Below, one piece after another: positions 26,194 through 36,865 of a DNA stretch of 64,000 bases. Position numbers and translations under genes: made by a program. Every line of letters begins with the position of its first letter. Position 1 is the first letter of the stretch. The stretch comes from Eledone cirrhosa (Eukaryota), in the NCBI GenBank assembly GCA_964016885.1, contig OZ024740.1, positions 62,868,001-62,932,000 of the forward strand, in the 5' to 3' direction. The notes under the pieces were generated by a model. It was not told the DNA's origin. It saw nothing but the letters and a program-made list of their open reading frames with translations, and ran no database searches.

Positions 26194-26800
26194 TGGTGGC
26201 TGCCAACTTGTTTTCAAGTACGGCCACTACTTTATATCCATATAGGAGGACCCCTACCGATGCGCTGAACGAGTGTGACTTTTTAGTCCAGCCAGCGACT
26301 TGAAAACTCTGGTACAAACACTACACTTCTGACAATTATTGACACATAGTGCTGGTCCCATGGTACCATGGGACGACAAGTGCAGAGAGATCTCCAGATA
26401 TAAAGCAATGCCTATGCCGTGAAGCTTTTATAGTGAGCAAAGGCATTGCACAAAGCCAGTCCCACTCTCTTAACCAAAATGATATTTACCAAAAAGAAGA
26501 ACAAGTCAACATCATTGGATACCATCAGGGTTGCAGGTGTCATATCAGAGTTTTCCTTCTCCTAGAATTCTGCCTTGAAAAAGGCTAAGGGGTCATCTCT
26601 CCCGGTGATTTTGGATGGCCATTGACTCTTAAGAGCTCCTTTGCCCTTTGCCCTTTGACAGGTTTTGTTTTTAGTCCTGCAGGATGTCCAAAGTCACCCT
26701 CCTCACCAAGAAACCTTGGTGGGGTTGCCAGTTTAGTCGCCAACGACCCGACCATGAGACAGGTTGTACTGGGATACCAGTAGCACCAACTGGTGACCTG
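26194..26800 (-). mobile_element. Non-autonomous RTE-like element with (TATG)n tail
   Basis: Homologous in reverse to 48907-49585. Contains GCCTT..AAGGC...CTAGGAGAAGGAAAACTCTGA, which resembles RTE-clade 5' UTRs (from memory). Ends GCAGCCACCATG. Confidence 0.6.
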
Positions 26801-26949
26801 ACATACATACATACATACATATATATACATATATATATATCCGTGACCCGTAGTAAACAGCTGACGAAGGGAAACTGTCCATCACTTGTTTGTGTCACCT
26901 TACATTCTAACACTCGTTATCAGTAACTACACAGCCTCGCCTCCCTCAA

Positions 26950-27008
<59 letters not shown>

Positions 27009-27187
27009 AAGAGAGATAAACACAGATATATACATGAGCTTTTTTAAATGTCGAGTGAACCTGGCTGCTATTTTTAGTAGCATACGTTTTACGAGACACG
27101 CTAGGCACTGAATGCCATGTGCGTTATTCTAAACACGCGCTTCATTTAGTCTTCTAAGAAAACTAGAAGCCAAAGGTGTGCTAATTC

Positions 27188-27269
27188 GTACATCCACTGA
27201 CGAGCAATAGAATTGGTAATTCCCTACACTTAATGCGAAACTGTTTTATAAAGAACTGTCTGGATGTAC
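27188..27269 (+). ncRNA. Type I hammerhead ribozyme (family 2)
   Basis: GUACAUCCA CUGACGA GCA...UGC GAAA C UGUUUU AUA AAGAACU GUC^UGGAUGUAC: perfect 9-bp stem I, canonical GUC site. Lies in a 0.5-kb insert between (TA)n tracts, with an inverted repeat at 27006-27037 / 27399-27433. Confidence 0.88.
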
Positions 27270-28464
27270 AGTTGATAGTTGTCACAATTTCGGTTTGTAC
27301 TTTTTCTTAATTTATTCTTTTATATGGGCAAAGCACATTGTTCATAGTTAGTATCCTATTCACCCTAGCGAATCTGGCCCCTTACGATTTGAACACATAT
27401 ATGTATATATCTGTGTTTGTCTCTCTTTAGTATATTGAATTATATTACACGGCCCAGAAAATTTCTCTTCCCTTGAGCTATTTAATTGTAAGAGACTACT
27501 TTGAGTTTCTAACTCAATATATACTTTTGATATATATATATATATATATATATATAAATTAATAAAAATAATAAAAATAATGAATAAAAACAAAGAAACA
27601 GTTCCTTATATTAAAAAATTCATCATTTTACGATCGTTTCTAGGATATAAATGTGTGTGTTGGTATGTATATCATATAGATCTATGTAAAATGTTTACAA
27701 ACTATCAGAGGGAATATACATACCTACACATATATATGCTGTCTTATTGAAAAAAACCAACAAAGATTTAATATAATAGGTCTGTTTGGGAACAGGTTTT
27801 GAATTGACCAATAGAAAGGTAGTAAGTGGTCAAGATGATAGAATAGTAGTAATAGAAATTTAATTTAACGGTAGAGGAAAGTTTTGAATGGAAAGAGTAT
27901 TTTGAATGAAAAGATTACTTTGGGGATGAAAATAGGTCAAGCTGGTGAAAGGTACACGAAAATTTGATGTTATAAAAGAATAATGCTAGTGTTAAAATCT
28001 AAGGAGAATAAAATTTTACGATAAATGTGTTAGTGAAAAATATCAATCTTATTTAAAACATAAGGAATTTACATCTATAAAAAGAAAATAAATTAATTTA
28101 ATTGATAGGTATATTTATATTGATAAATTTATATTAATTCATATAGATATGATAAATAAGAGTTAGATGTAATTGAAGAATGTTGTTAAAAACGAAGGGA
28201 GAAAAACAAATAATAATAATAATTGGGGGGGGGGGGGATAAATGTATTAGTGAGAAATAACAAATTTATATAGATTACAAGGAATATAGATTCATAACCT
28301 GAAATTAAAATAGTTTATATGTATACTTATTGGTATAAATTTTAGGAAAAGATAGCTGTAAAAGGGAAATAAAATAATGCAGTTCATTAGTAGTAGAATA
28401 TTAATTATAGGTTAACTAATTTAAAAAAAAAAAGATTTTATTATAATAATTTGTAAAGTCTTTA

Positions 28465-30375
28465 TTAATTAGGTTTATAATATTTAAAAGTTCTTCTAAT
28501 TTTATGATTACATGATATAATTAATTCTTGTCGCTTATTTAATAGGATATCCTTAGATTTCATTATTTCAAAAAGTTCCTGGGAACATAATCTACATTCA
28601 TATCTATTATTTTGATAAGGGGTGGCCCTTTTGAGCACACTCCAGGTCAGGTTATAATCGATATTCTTTTTTCTATAATTATTAATTATTTCAGCTAAGG
28701 ATGTTGTATTAGCTAATGCGGCATTTTTAAAACTGTGTTTGTGGGTATTAAATCTTACTTTAAATTGTTTAGAAGTAGCTCCTATATATGAATAAGTTGA
28801 GTCCTTAGTGCTAATTTTAAATTTATATACTATGTTATTAATAAGGCAATTTCCTTTTAATGGGAAATTTGCTTTGTTTCTACAGTTACAACCTTTCGTG
28901 AATGTTGTATCAGAAGAGATAGTCAAATTAGGTGTGGAATTTTCTCGACTTGTTGTATGTGAATGAGATGGTAGTTTGCTGTGGTTTATTTTAGTATTAT
29001 GGTTAGTTTGATGTATTGGTGGTATATTCATGTTTTTTATACATTTATATGCATTATAGGCACTTATATTTTGTTGTATATTTTTGGTTGTTGAGTAGGA
29101 GAATTTGACCATTGATCTATTTAAAATTTGATGGTATTTATGGTTTGGCGGGAAGTTTCTCTCCAGGATAGTAAACAATTTTTTAGGTATATTATCTTTA
29201 ATTTGTAGATTAAAGGGAGCATTATACCAAGTAACTCGTCTATTACGGTTTCGATGTTGTTTTTTTATTTCTATACGATGTATCCTGATGTTTACTAAGA
29301 GACTTAGTATTAGTGATTTTGTTACACATATTTTTAGTTAGATTCATTGATCTAGGTGTTTTAGCCTGATTATTAGGAATTTTGTTATTAACATATATTG
29401 GAATATTAGGTTGAATGGTTTTTTGAAAGTTATTATATTGTATATTAGAAGAGTTAGAGAAATTAAGTTTTAAGTTGGTATTTTTGGGTATAGTGTGAGT
29501 GGCATTTAGGTGTGTATATTTTATTTGGTGTTTGTTGGTAATATTGGGTTGTATGTTTGTAGTATTATTGGTACAAGGTATATATACTAATTTGTTTTTG
29601 TGGCCGCTTCTAGCTAAAGCTTCGTTATAAAAGGTCGCATTTTTATCGAATACATCCTGGTTAGATGAAAGGTTAGAAATTCTGAGTGAGATATTATATG
29701 CTAGGTTTTTAAGGATAGATTTAGGGTGATTAGATTGTGAGTGTATGTAATGTAAGTTTTGGTTAGGTTTATAGTAAGGTTGGTAGATACCCGTAGATAA
29801 GTCTAATGTTATATCAAGGAAATTAACTACTTTACTTGTGTTTTCAAATGTAATATTGAGATTATAATAGTCTTTGAGGAAAGTTCTAATAAGTTTTTTA
29901 TTTTTTCAATTTCTGATAGGCTAAGGTTAGTGGAAAGAAGAAGTCAGTCGTCACGATATAAACCACCTTTAAGGTGGGGAAAAGAAGCATTTATGTTAAA
30001 TAGAAGAAAGAGGCCCACAAGATCGGTAATTTGGGCAGAATTACTAGAGCCCATAGTAATGTCGAATAGATTACTATATGTATTTCTGGTCCAGTATTCC
30101 TTCTGAAATTCCAGCAGTGTTTGTCTAGCATGCGTGATAATATTAATGTCATCCATAGTTAAGTTTGATCTATTTCTGGCAAATATCAAGGCTTTGTTCA
30201 GGAGTATGGGTGATATAGAGGAATAATAAGCATCTATATCGAATTGTAGAAATGAAGCAGATGATTTATTTCTAATATTAGTATACCAGTTAATTACCTG
30301 GGATGTGTTTTCCCAGAGTGGTAAATTAACATGTTTTCTTAATTGTGGGATGACTCTATCTAACATTTTTTTACT
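28465..30375 (-). pseudogene. 5'-truncated PLE of a second lineage (Hydra-like): RT + GIY-YIG
   Basis: FLQFDIDAYYSSI, FDITMGS, GLYRDD. Thumb VNFLDITLDL..YKPN..SNHP at about 29600-29840, TWYNAPF, then CNCR..PLKGNCL..IVY..YIGAT, FKVRFNTHKHSF, CRLC, SCNH. Abuts (TA)n at 30380. Confidence 0.88.
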
Positions 30376-30377
30376 AA

Positions 30378-30415
<38 letters not shown>

Positions 30416-30524
30416 TGAATACGCACATGCACACGCACATATATATATATATTTATTTTATTTATAAATACATACATATACCTACATATATACACATATA
30501 TATGCATTTATATATACACACATA

Positions 30525-30595
<71 letters not shown>

Positions 30596-30625
30596 AGATC
30601 AAAAGATGGTTAAAAGAGTTCCATG

Positions 30626-30696
30626 TATTTTATTATGCGCATTTCAAAAACAAATATCATCATGCAATAATATTTGTGTTTTCATCAGATAAAATA
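30626..30696 (-). ncRNA. Minimal type I hammerhead (family 3), minus arm
   Basis: Reverse complement of 30772-30842. Confidence 0.8.
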
Positions 30697-30771
30697 GGAA
30701 GACATGATATGAAGGTTAAAATACACTTGTGAATAGTCACAAGTGTTTTTTAACCTTCATATTATGTCTTC

Positions 30772-30842
30772 TATTTTATCTGATGAAAACACAAATATTA
30801 TTGCATGATGATATTTGTTTTTGAAATGCGCATAATAAAATA
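30772..30842 (+). ncRNA. Minimal type I hammerhead (family 3), plus arm
   Basis: UAUUUUAU CUGAUGA AAAC ACAAAUAUUAU...AUGAUAUUUGU UUUU GAAA UGCGCA UA^AUAAAAUA: 8-bp stem I, long stem II, palindromic UGCGCA. Confidence 0.82.
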
Positions 30843-30965
30843 CATGGAACTCTTGTAACCATCTTTTGATCTTATATATTATGTATACTCCAGTCCTACA
30901 AACTGTAGAGTGTTTCTTATCCGATATCTGCATTGCTTTATTGTACTACAATAAAACTTACCTCC

Positions 30966-31096
<131 letters not shown>

Positions 31097-31137
31097 CAAA
31101 ATGTTAACAAACGAAAGATATTCACATAATCAAAATA

Positions 31138-31204
31138 TATACTTTATTATATATATTTCAAAGGTACTGTCTTGTTTCAGTACGTTTTCATCAGAGAAAA
31201 TATA
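31138..31204 (-). ncRNA. Minimal type I hammerhead (family 4), minus arm
   Basis: UAUAUUUUCU CUGAUGA AAAC GUACUG-AAACAAGA-CAGUAC CUUU GAAA UAUAUA UA^AUAAAGUAUA. Confidence 0.72.
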
Positions 31205-31510
31205 GGATTTGATATATGACATACCGCTACGTTCTTGATTATTCAATTAAAGTATTGGCAGTGATTTATTTCATCAAATCTCAACGTTTTTATACCACAA
31301 ATAATATGAGAAACTTAAAGAAGAAAAGGACGTAGAGCAAATTAGAGATATATATTATTCGTGGTATAAAAACGTTGAGATTTGATGAAATAAATCACTG
31401 CCAATACTTTAATTGAATAATCAATACCGTAGCGGTATGTCATATATCAAATCATATATTTTGTCTGATGAAAACGTACTAAAACAACACAGTACCTTTG
31501 AAATATATAT
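31149..31510. repeat. Inverted repeat (arms about 160 bp, spacer about 44 bp) with a hammerhead core in each arm
   Basis: 31149-31307 pairs with 31352-31510. The plus-arm core (CTGATGA 31465, GAAA 31500) lacks its 3' stem I strand. Confidence 0.9.
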
Positions 31511-31512
31511 AA

Positions 31513-31541
31513 CTAGCAGAATGGCCCGGCGTTACTCGGGA
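31513..31541 (-). mobile_element. Helitron-like 3' terminus (GC hairpin + CTAG|T); Helitron-like 5' end nearby at about 31673-31770 on plus
   Basis: Minus strand CCCGAGTAACGCCGGG CCATTCTG CTAG|T. Plus strand TCTATATATCTAAAAC...(TGTC)n at 31673. Confidence 0.55.
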
Positions 31542-31894
31542 TTTGCTCTAGAGTTCTTATATATTTGATATATATTTATCCTTATTGAGCCTCGTGAAAT
31601 AAATACGTTTATTTATATTTTGTTATTGTGTATGCAAAAATATCTGTACACGAATATATAATTATAAATATATCTATATATCTAAAACAGAGAATGTCTG
31701 TCTGTCTGTTTGTCAGCTCACTAAAACTTGAGAACCACCCAACCGATTGTTTTCAAATTTTACACATGTAATACTTTAGGATATACCTAAGTATTTTCCC
31801 AATTTAGTGTTTGGGGTGCTAACTAATCAGTATTTTGTGGATAGCTGGTTGTATTATTTTATATGAGACATAATTAAATAAATATCTCTTTCCT

Positions 31895-32019
31895 TCCAGA
31901 CGATCGTTTCGTTAATAAGATTTCTACAATTTGGGATAAATAATGTCCAGGTTATGTAGAAACATGTATATAATCCATAGTCTTATACACAAGCGGGCTC
32001 TTATAAACTCATCAGTGGA
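31895..32019 (-). ncRNA. Type I hammerhead with large stem II insertion (family 5, diverged copy)
   Basis: UCCA CUGAUGA GUUUAUAAGA..(about 80 nt)..UCUUAUUAAC GAAA CGAUCG UC^UGGA. Confidence 0.85.
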
Positions 32020-32606
32020 TGCCCAAATAATATCGATATAAAAATTACATCGACATTAATAAATTAGTGATGGTCTCCTTCAGCGCTAAAGAGACTGCTA
32101 GATTCGAAAGGCCAGCAGTCCTTATAAAGATAAGATACACGCTGCCCCCAAGAGGGTAAGGAGAGGTCATCTTAAAATATAAAACAATATACACGGTGGT
32201 CATTTAAACCTGTTAGGTTTTGTAAGCACGTGTTTAAGAACTCAATTTGATATTAAAAGAATAAATATATGTATACACGATCGATGCACACATAGATACT
32301 AAAATATAATAAATACATGTATGGACCACCTATATACACACATAGTTATTCTCTAAGGCTAAAAAATCAGACATGGGATATAAGGAAAATCAATCAGTAT
32401 TTCATATAAAAAAAATATATATATATATATAAAAACAATATCGGAGAAAACATTTTAGCGATACTCCGGCCAAATTCCAACTCACTCAACAAACATTAGG
32501 AAATAAGTGATTATATTCCCAATTATGCGTTCGGGGTGCTAACTAAAAGTATTGCGTGGAAAATTGGCTGTATTATTTCATATGAGACATATCGAATATA
32601 TCTCTT

Positions 32607-32733
32607 CCCAGACGGACGTCTCGTTTCATTATAGGATTCCTACAATTTGGGTTAAATTATACCAATTTAAGTAGGAGCTTGTATACCATCAATAGATATA
32701 TATTCAAGTGGGCTCCTATAATTCATCAGTGGG
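32607..32733 (-). ncRNA. Type I hammerhead (family 5)
   Basis: CCCA CUGAUGA AUUAUAGGA..(insert)..UCCUAUAAU GAAA CG AGACGUC CG UC^UGGG. Confidence 0.82.
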
Positions 32734-33307
32734 TGCCCCAATAAACTAATATTGATAATCTAACCAACATCAGTATTTAGCGATAATCATCATCTGTGCC
32801 TGAAGTATCTGTCAGGTTACCAGTCCAGCAGTTCTAAAGAAATGCTCAAACTGATTCAAAAATGAGGAAGTAAATTACCGCAAAAAAAACAATACATGCG
32901 CATGACATTGAACTCTAAAAGGAAATCAGGCCACGTGCTAAGAACTCAATTGGAAATTGAAAAAATATCTATGTGTGTACAACATTTGATGACACACACA
33001 GATATTTTCTCGGGCAAAATAACAGAATGAGATATAAGGAACAATCAATATTCATATATAAAAAATAAACAAAGAAATTCTAACCTTATACCGGGAAAAT
33101 TTCAAATCTGCTGCGCCAAGAGTAAATAAATAAATACAATATCGGAGAAAACTTTTTAGCGATACTCCGGCCAAATTCCAACTCACTCAAGAAACATTAG
33201 GAAATAAGTGATTATATTCCCAATTATGCGTTCGGGGTGCTAACTAAAAGTATCGCGTGGAAAATTGGCTGTATTATTTCATATGAGACATATCGAATAT
33301 ATCTCTT

Positions 33308-33434
33308 CCCAGACGGACGTCTCGTTTCATTATAGAATTCCTACAATTTAGGTTAAATTATACCAATTTATGTAGGAGCTTGTATACCATCAATAGATAT
33401 ATATTCAAGTGGGCTCCTATAATTCATCAGTGGG
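33308..33434 (-). ncRNA. Type I hammerhead (family 5), second tandem unit
   Basis: Same as 32607-32733 shifted by 701 bp. One stem II pair becomes G-U. Confidence 0.82.
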
Positions 33435-35196
33435 TGCCCCAATAATACTAATATTGTTAATCTAACCAACATCAGTATTTAGCGATAATCATCATCTGTG
33501 CCTGAGGTATCTGTCAGGTTACCAGTCCAGCAGCTCTAAAGAAATGCTCAAACTGATTCAAAAATGAGGAAGTAAATTACCGCCAAAAAAATACATGCGC
33601 ATGACAATGAACTCTAAAAGGAATTCAGGCAACGTGCTAAGAACTCAATTGGAAATTGAAAAAATATCTAAGTGTGTACAACATTTGATGACACACACAG
33701 ATATTTTCCCGGGCAAAATAACAGAATGAGATATAAGGAACAATCAATATTCCTATATAAAAAATAAACAAATAAATTCTAACCTTATACCGGGAAAATT
33801 TCAAATCTGCTGCGCCAAGAGTAAATATATATATATATATATACAAGTTAATATAAATTAATATATATGATAAAACACAAATACCAACATATAAGTGTTT
33901 GTATTGTAAATGACTAAGTTAGCTAGATTGAAAAATACTAATTATAATAATACAGTTTGCCTGTCTCGATTTAAAATAATAAATCAATAAAAACAAACGA
34001 TATTGGCAAATGGCCGTGGTACTTAGACAAAGTTAAATTTCAAAATCAAACCTGTTCCGTAGATAAGTTTAAACTTCAAAATCCAAATAAGTTTCGAGAT
34101 GAAAAAGTGAAAGAATACTCCGTTCAGCTCTCCTCAGTAAGTACCCTGAACAATTGGTATGCTTCACTTCAAAATATTTAAAAAGACTGTTTAACGCACA
34201 TGGTTTTCCAGTTTCTAGCTGCCGCATACTCGTTCTGCTAGATATAACAGCCGTTTATATGGGGCTAAAGTTAGCTCTACATAAGGAGCAGTGATACTAA
34301 GAATAATGAGTTCTAAACTCAAGCAGTCCTTTACAATGAAATAGCTCAAAGAAAGAAGTATTTCTGAGCCATGTAATACAAGTTAATATGAATTATATAT
34401 ATATATATAGTAATAATAATAGTAATAATAATAATAATAATAATAAATTTGAAGACTAAAATCCAAAGAAGGCTCGATAAGGATAAATATATATCAAATA
34501 TATAAGAACCGTAGAGCAAATATTTATTAAAATAACAGATTAAAGTTTAAGCAAAGAATCGCTGCTTTCACCCTTAACGGGATCTTCTGAAACTAACAAA
34601 ATCATTCTGTGAACGCAGAAGTGAATATTTCAAAAAACGTTCCATCCGGAGGAAGACAGGAAGACGATATTTTGGTTCGTGGAAACGTTCCCTGGCAAAG
34701 AACGGGAAAAAACGAATATAATACGTCATTATTTGGAGCGGTGAAAAACAATTACACGCAAAGACAAAACCACGTAAATGGTATAACTGAAGTCGTAGAC
34801 TAAAATCCTAACTAGGAAACCGAATGATTCTCCGCTTCAGAGTTAAGAATAAAGTAAATAAAATACAGAGGTAATTGAAATTAAATAAATACATACACGC
34901 ATCCAAATACGTACATACACAAGCATACGCGAAAACACTCGCCATACGTATACAAATACACGCACATATAAATATGTGTGTGTGTGCGTGTATACAAATA
35001 ATTAAATAAACGTATATAAATAAATAAATACGTATATAACAAGCGCACACACATACCTACATGTAAATACACAAATGTTCGGAGACGTACGTCAACCAAA
35101 ACATGAAGTACACACATACACACACCCTACATACGTATGAACCCGCATACTCACACACGCAAAACTATATGTGTGTATATATATATACACACACAC

Positions 35197-35276
<80 letters not shown>

Positions 35277-35278
35277 AA

Positions 35279-36077
35279 TGTGAAGTTGGAAATAGTACGG
35301 AAAATATATTTTAGGGTCTGTTTTTCTTTTTTTTCCTCCTTTGATTCGTCAAAGTGACATTATTGAAAAAATGAGAGGGATAATTCCTATAAAATATTGC
35401 CGGTTATATATAAAGTATTACCGGTTTCGATGTATTATTAAAATTCATCTGAGAGGTAAATTTTTTTTCATCTTTCTTGCTGAGAAAGAGACTGGAGAAT
35501 GAGCTCTTGTGTATATATATAGAGAGAGATTTTGTCATAAAGTAGCAGCAGCAGTGGTGCCAGGTGTGTTTCTTCACAGAACAAAATTGTGTTTTGGGGG
35601 CAAAGGAAATATTCTGTAAATATGTGTGTGTGTATCTCGACTGTGTTAATCGACTGGTCAAGAGTTCAGATGGGGGTGGCGAGGGGGCTATTGTAAGCTA
35701 AAGACACTTTGGCAACAATAGGGTTGTAAAACAAATTCTATTATTGGAATATGGTTTTAGGGAGTGTGTGTATAGTGTGAGGGTGACTTTAATTTTTACT
35801 TTATAATTCTTATTAATTCTTATTAATTGTAATACTCAACATTTGATAAGATGAGTTTTAATAATTCATCGAAACCAGTAATACTTTATATACTTTATAT
35901 ATATTATAAAACTCTTTATTAAAAGAATTGTCCCTCATTTTTTCAATAATCTCATTTGGCCGAATCAAAAAAAGGAAAGAAAAAAACAGAAAAACGGACC
36001 CTAAAATATATTTTCCATGCTATATCCAACTTCTCCTTTGCTCTATAACCACTGTTTTGTATAGAAACTTACTTCCC

Positions 36078-36085
<8 letters not shown>
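35279..36085. mobile_element. Family 8 repeat in inverted arrangement between microsatellites (other copies at about 8215-8560, 43610-44090, 60875-61140)
   Basis: 35281-35390 pairs with 35925-36035, and 35406-35449 with 35849-35893. Shared CGGAAAATATATTT.AGGGTCTG and ACCGGTTTCGATG blocks. Confidence 0.75.
35841..35882 (+). ncRNA. Hammerhead-like motif with U3-A8 core (family 8)
   Basis: AU UUGAUAA GAUGAGUU-UUAAU-AAUUCAUC GAAA CCAG UA^AU: 8-bp stem II, weak stem I. Confidence 0.5.
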
Positions 36086-36148
<63 letters not shown>

Positions 36149-36149
<1 letters not shown>

Positions 36150-36582
36150 CCCCGGTGTTTGCATAGCTACGGCTTCCTAAAACCGTATTTCTTTAGAAAT
36201 ACGAAATTTCTATACATATTGTACAAAGCTATGCTTGAAGCGAAATCTTATTTCTTTTCTATTATAAGTTGAGCCAACTTATGCAGCTTCATATGCAAAA
36301 GAGATTAATCACCTCATTTACACAGACGAGAAAACTATATATTCTCGACTGTTTTCAAGTGCAGCAGTAGCAAGCGGTGGGAAGGACTGTCCTGACGAAG
36401 GCCAGTCAAGCCTGAAATGCATAGACGATTGTCCCCCCTTGCTTCTGCTGGACACCACCAGAGGGCGTTGGCCCCGGTGTTTGCATAGCTACGGCTTCCT
36501 AAAACCGTATTTCTTTAGAAATACGAAATTTTCTATACATATTGTATAAAGCTATGCTGAAGCGAAATCTTATTTCTTTTCT
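36149..36582 (+). mobile_element. Retrozyme-like element: about 1.35 copies of a 322-nt unit, inserted in (TA)n
   Basis: Direct repeat of about 112 bp at 36149-36260 and 36471-36582, a central hammerhead, and no ORF. Confidence 0.8.
36386..36429 (+). ncRNA. Minimal type I hammerhead (family 6)
   Basis: ACUGUC CUGACGA AGGC-CAGUCAA-GCCU GAAA UGCA UA^GAC. Confidence 0.8.
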
Positions 36583-36784
36583 TTCATATATATATATATA
36601 TATATATATTTACACACAGATAAATCCACCAATTAATGGTAGGGTCTAAACCATATGAAGAACTCAATGTAATCCGTATCTAGAAGATGTCGTAAAGCAA
36701 AGTTTAAAATACAAAATTTTCATCGATATAATTCATTGGATACCGAGTTTTTGTTTAATTTCATTGTTCTACTATTTGTATTTG

Positions 36785-36865
<81 letters not shown>

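Larger units (their letters stand above)
30586..30882. repeat. Fold-back palindrome (arms about 145 bp, 4-nt loop) next to (TA)n
   Basis: Centre CACTTGTGA-ATAG-TCACAAGTG. The arms are nearly exact reverse complements. Confidence 0.95.
32436..33826. repeat. Tandem dimer of a 701-bp non-coding unit bounded by TA-rich tracts; diverged relative at about 31785-32410
   Basis: CAATATCGGAGAAAAC recurs at 32436 and 33137 and the units are highly similar throughout. Confidence 0.93.

Noticed and set aside
26866-26885. CTGACGAAGGGAAACTGTC hammerhead-like word
   Set aside because: No stem II between CUGACGA and GAAA, and no stem I.
27622-27710. Minus-strand GAAACGATCGTA downstream of the Hydra-like PLE
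   Set aside because: No intact CUGANGA with a matching stem I. At best a decayed pseudo-LTR ribozyme.
31505-31516. Fold-back arm ending almost exactly at the predicted HHR cut
   Set aside because: Better explained by a Helitron-like 3' end (A|CTAG) inserted there.
34555-34595. Degenerate HHR-like motifs here and at about 40965-41020, 52455-52500 and 61278-61320
   Set aside because: Core substitutions or missing stems. Not counted.
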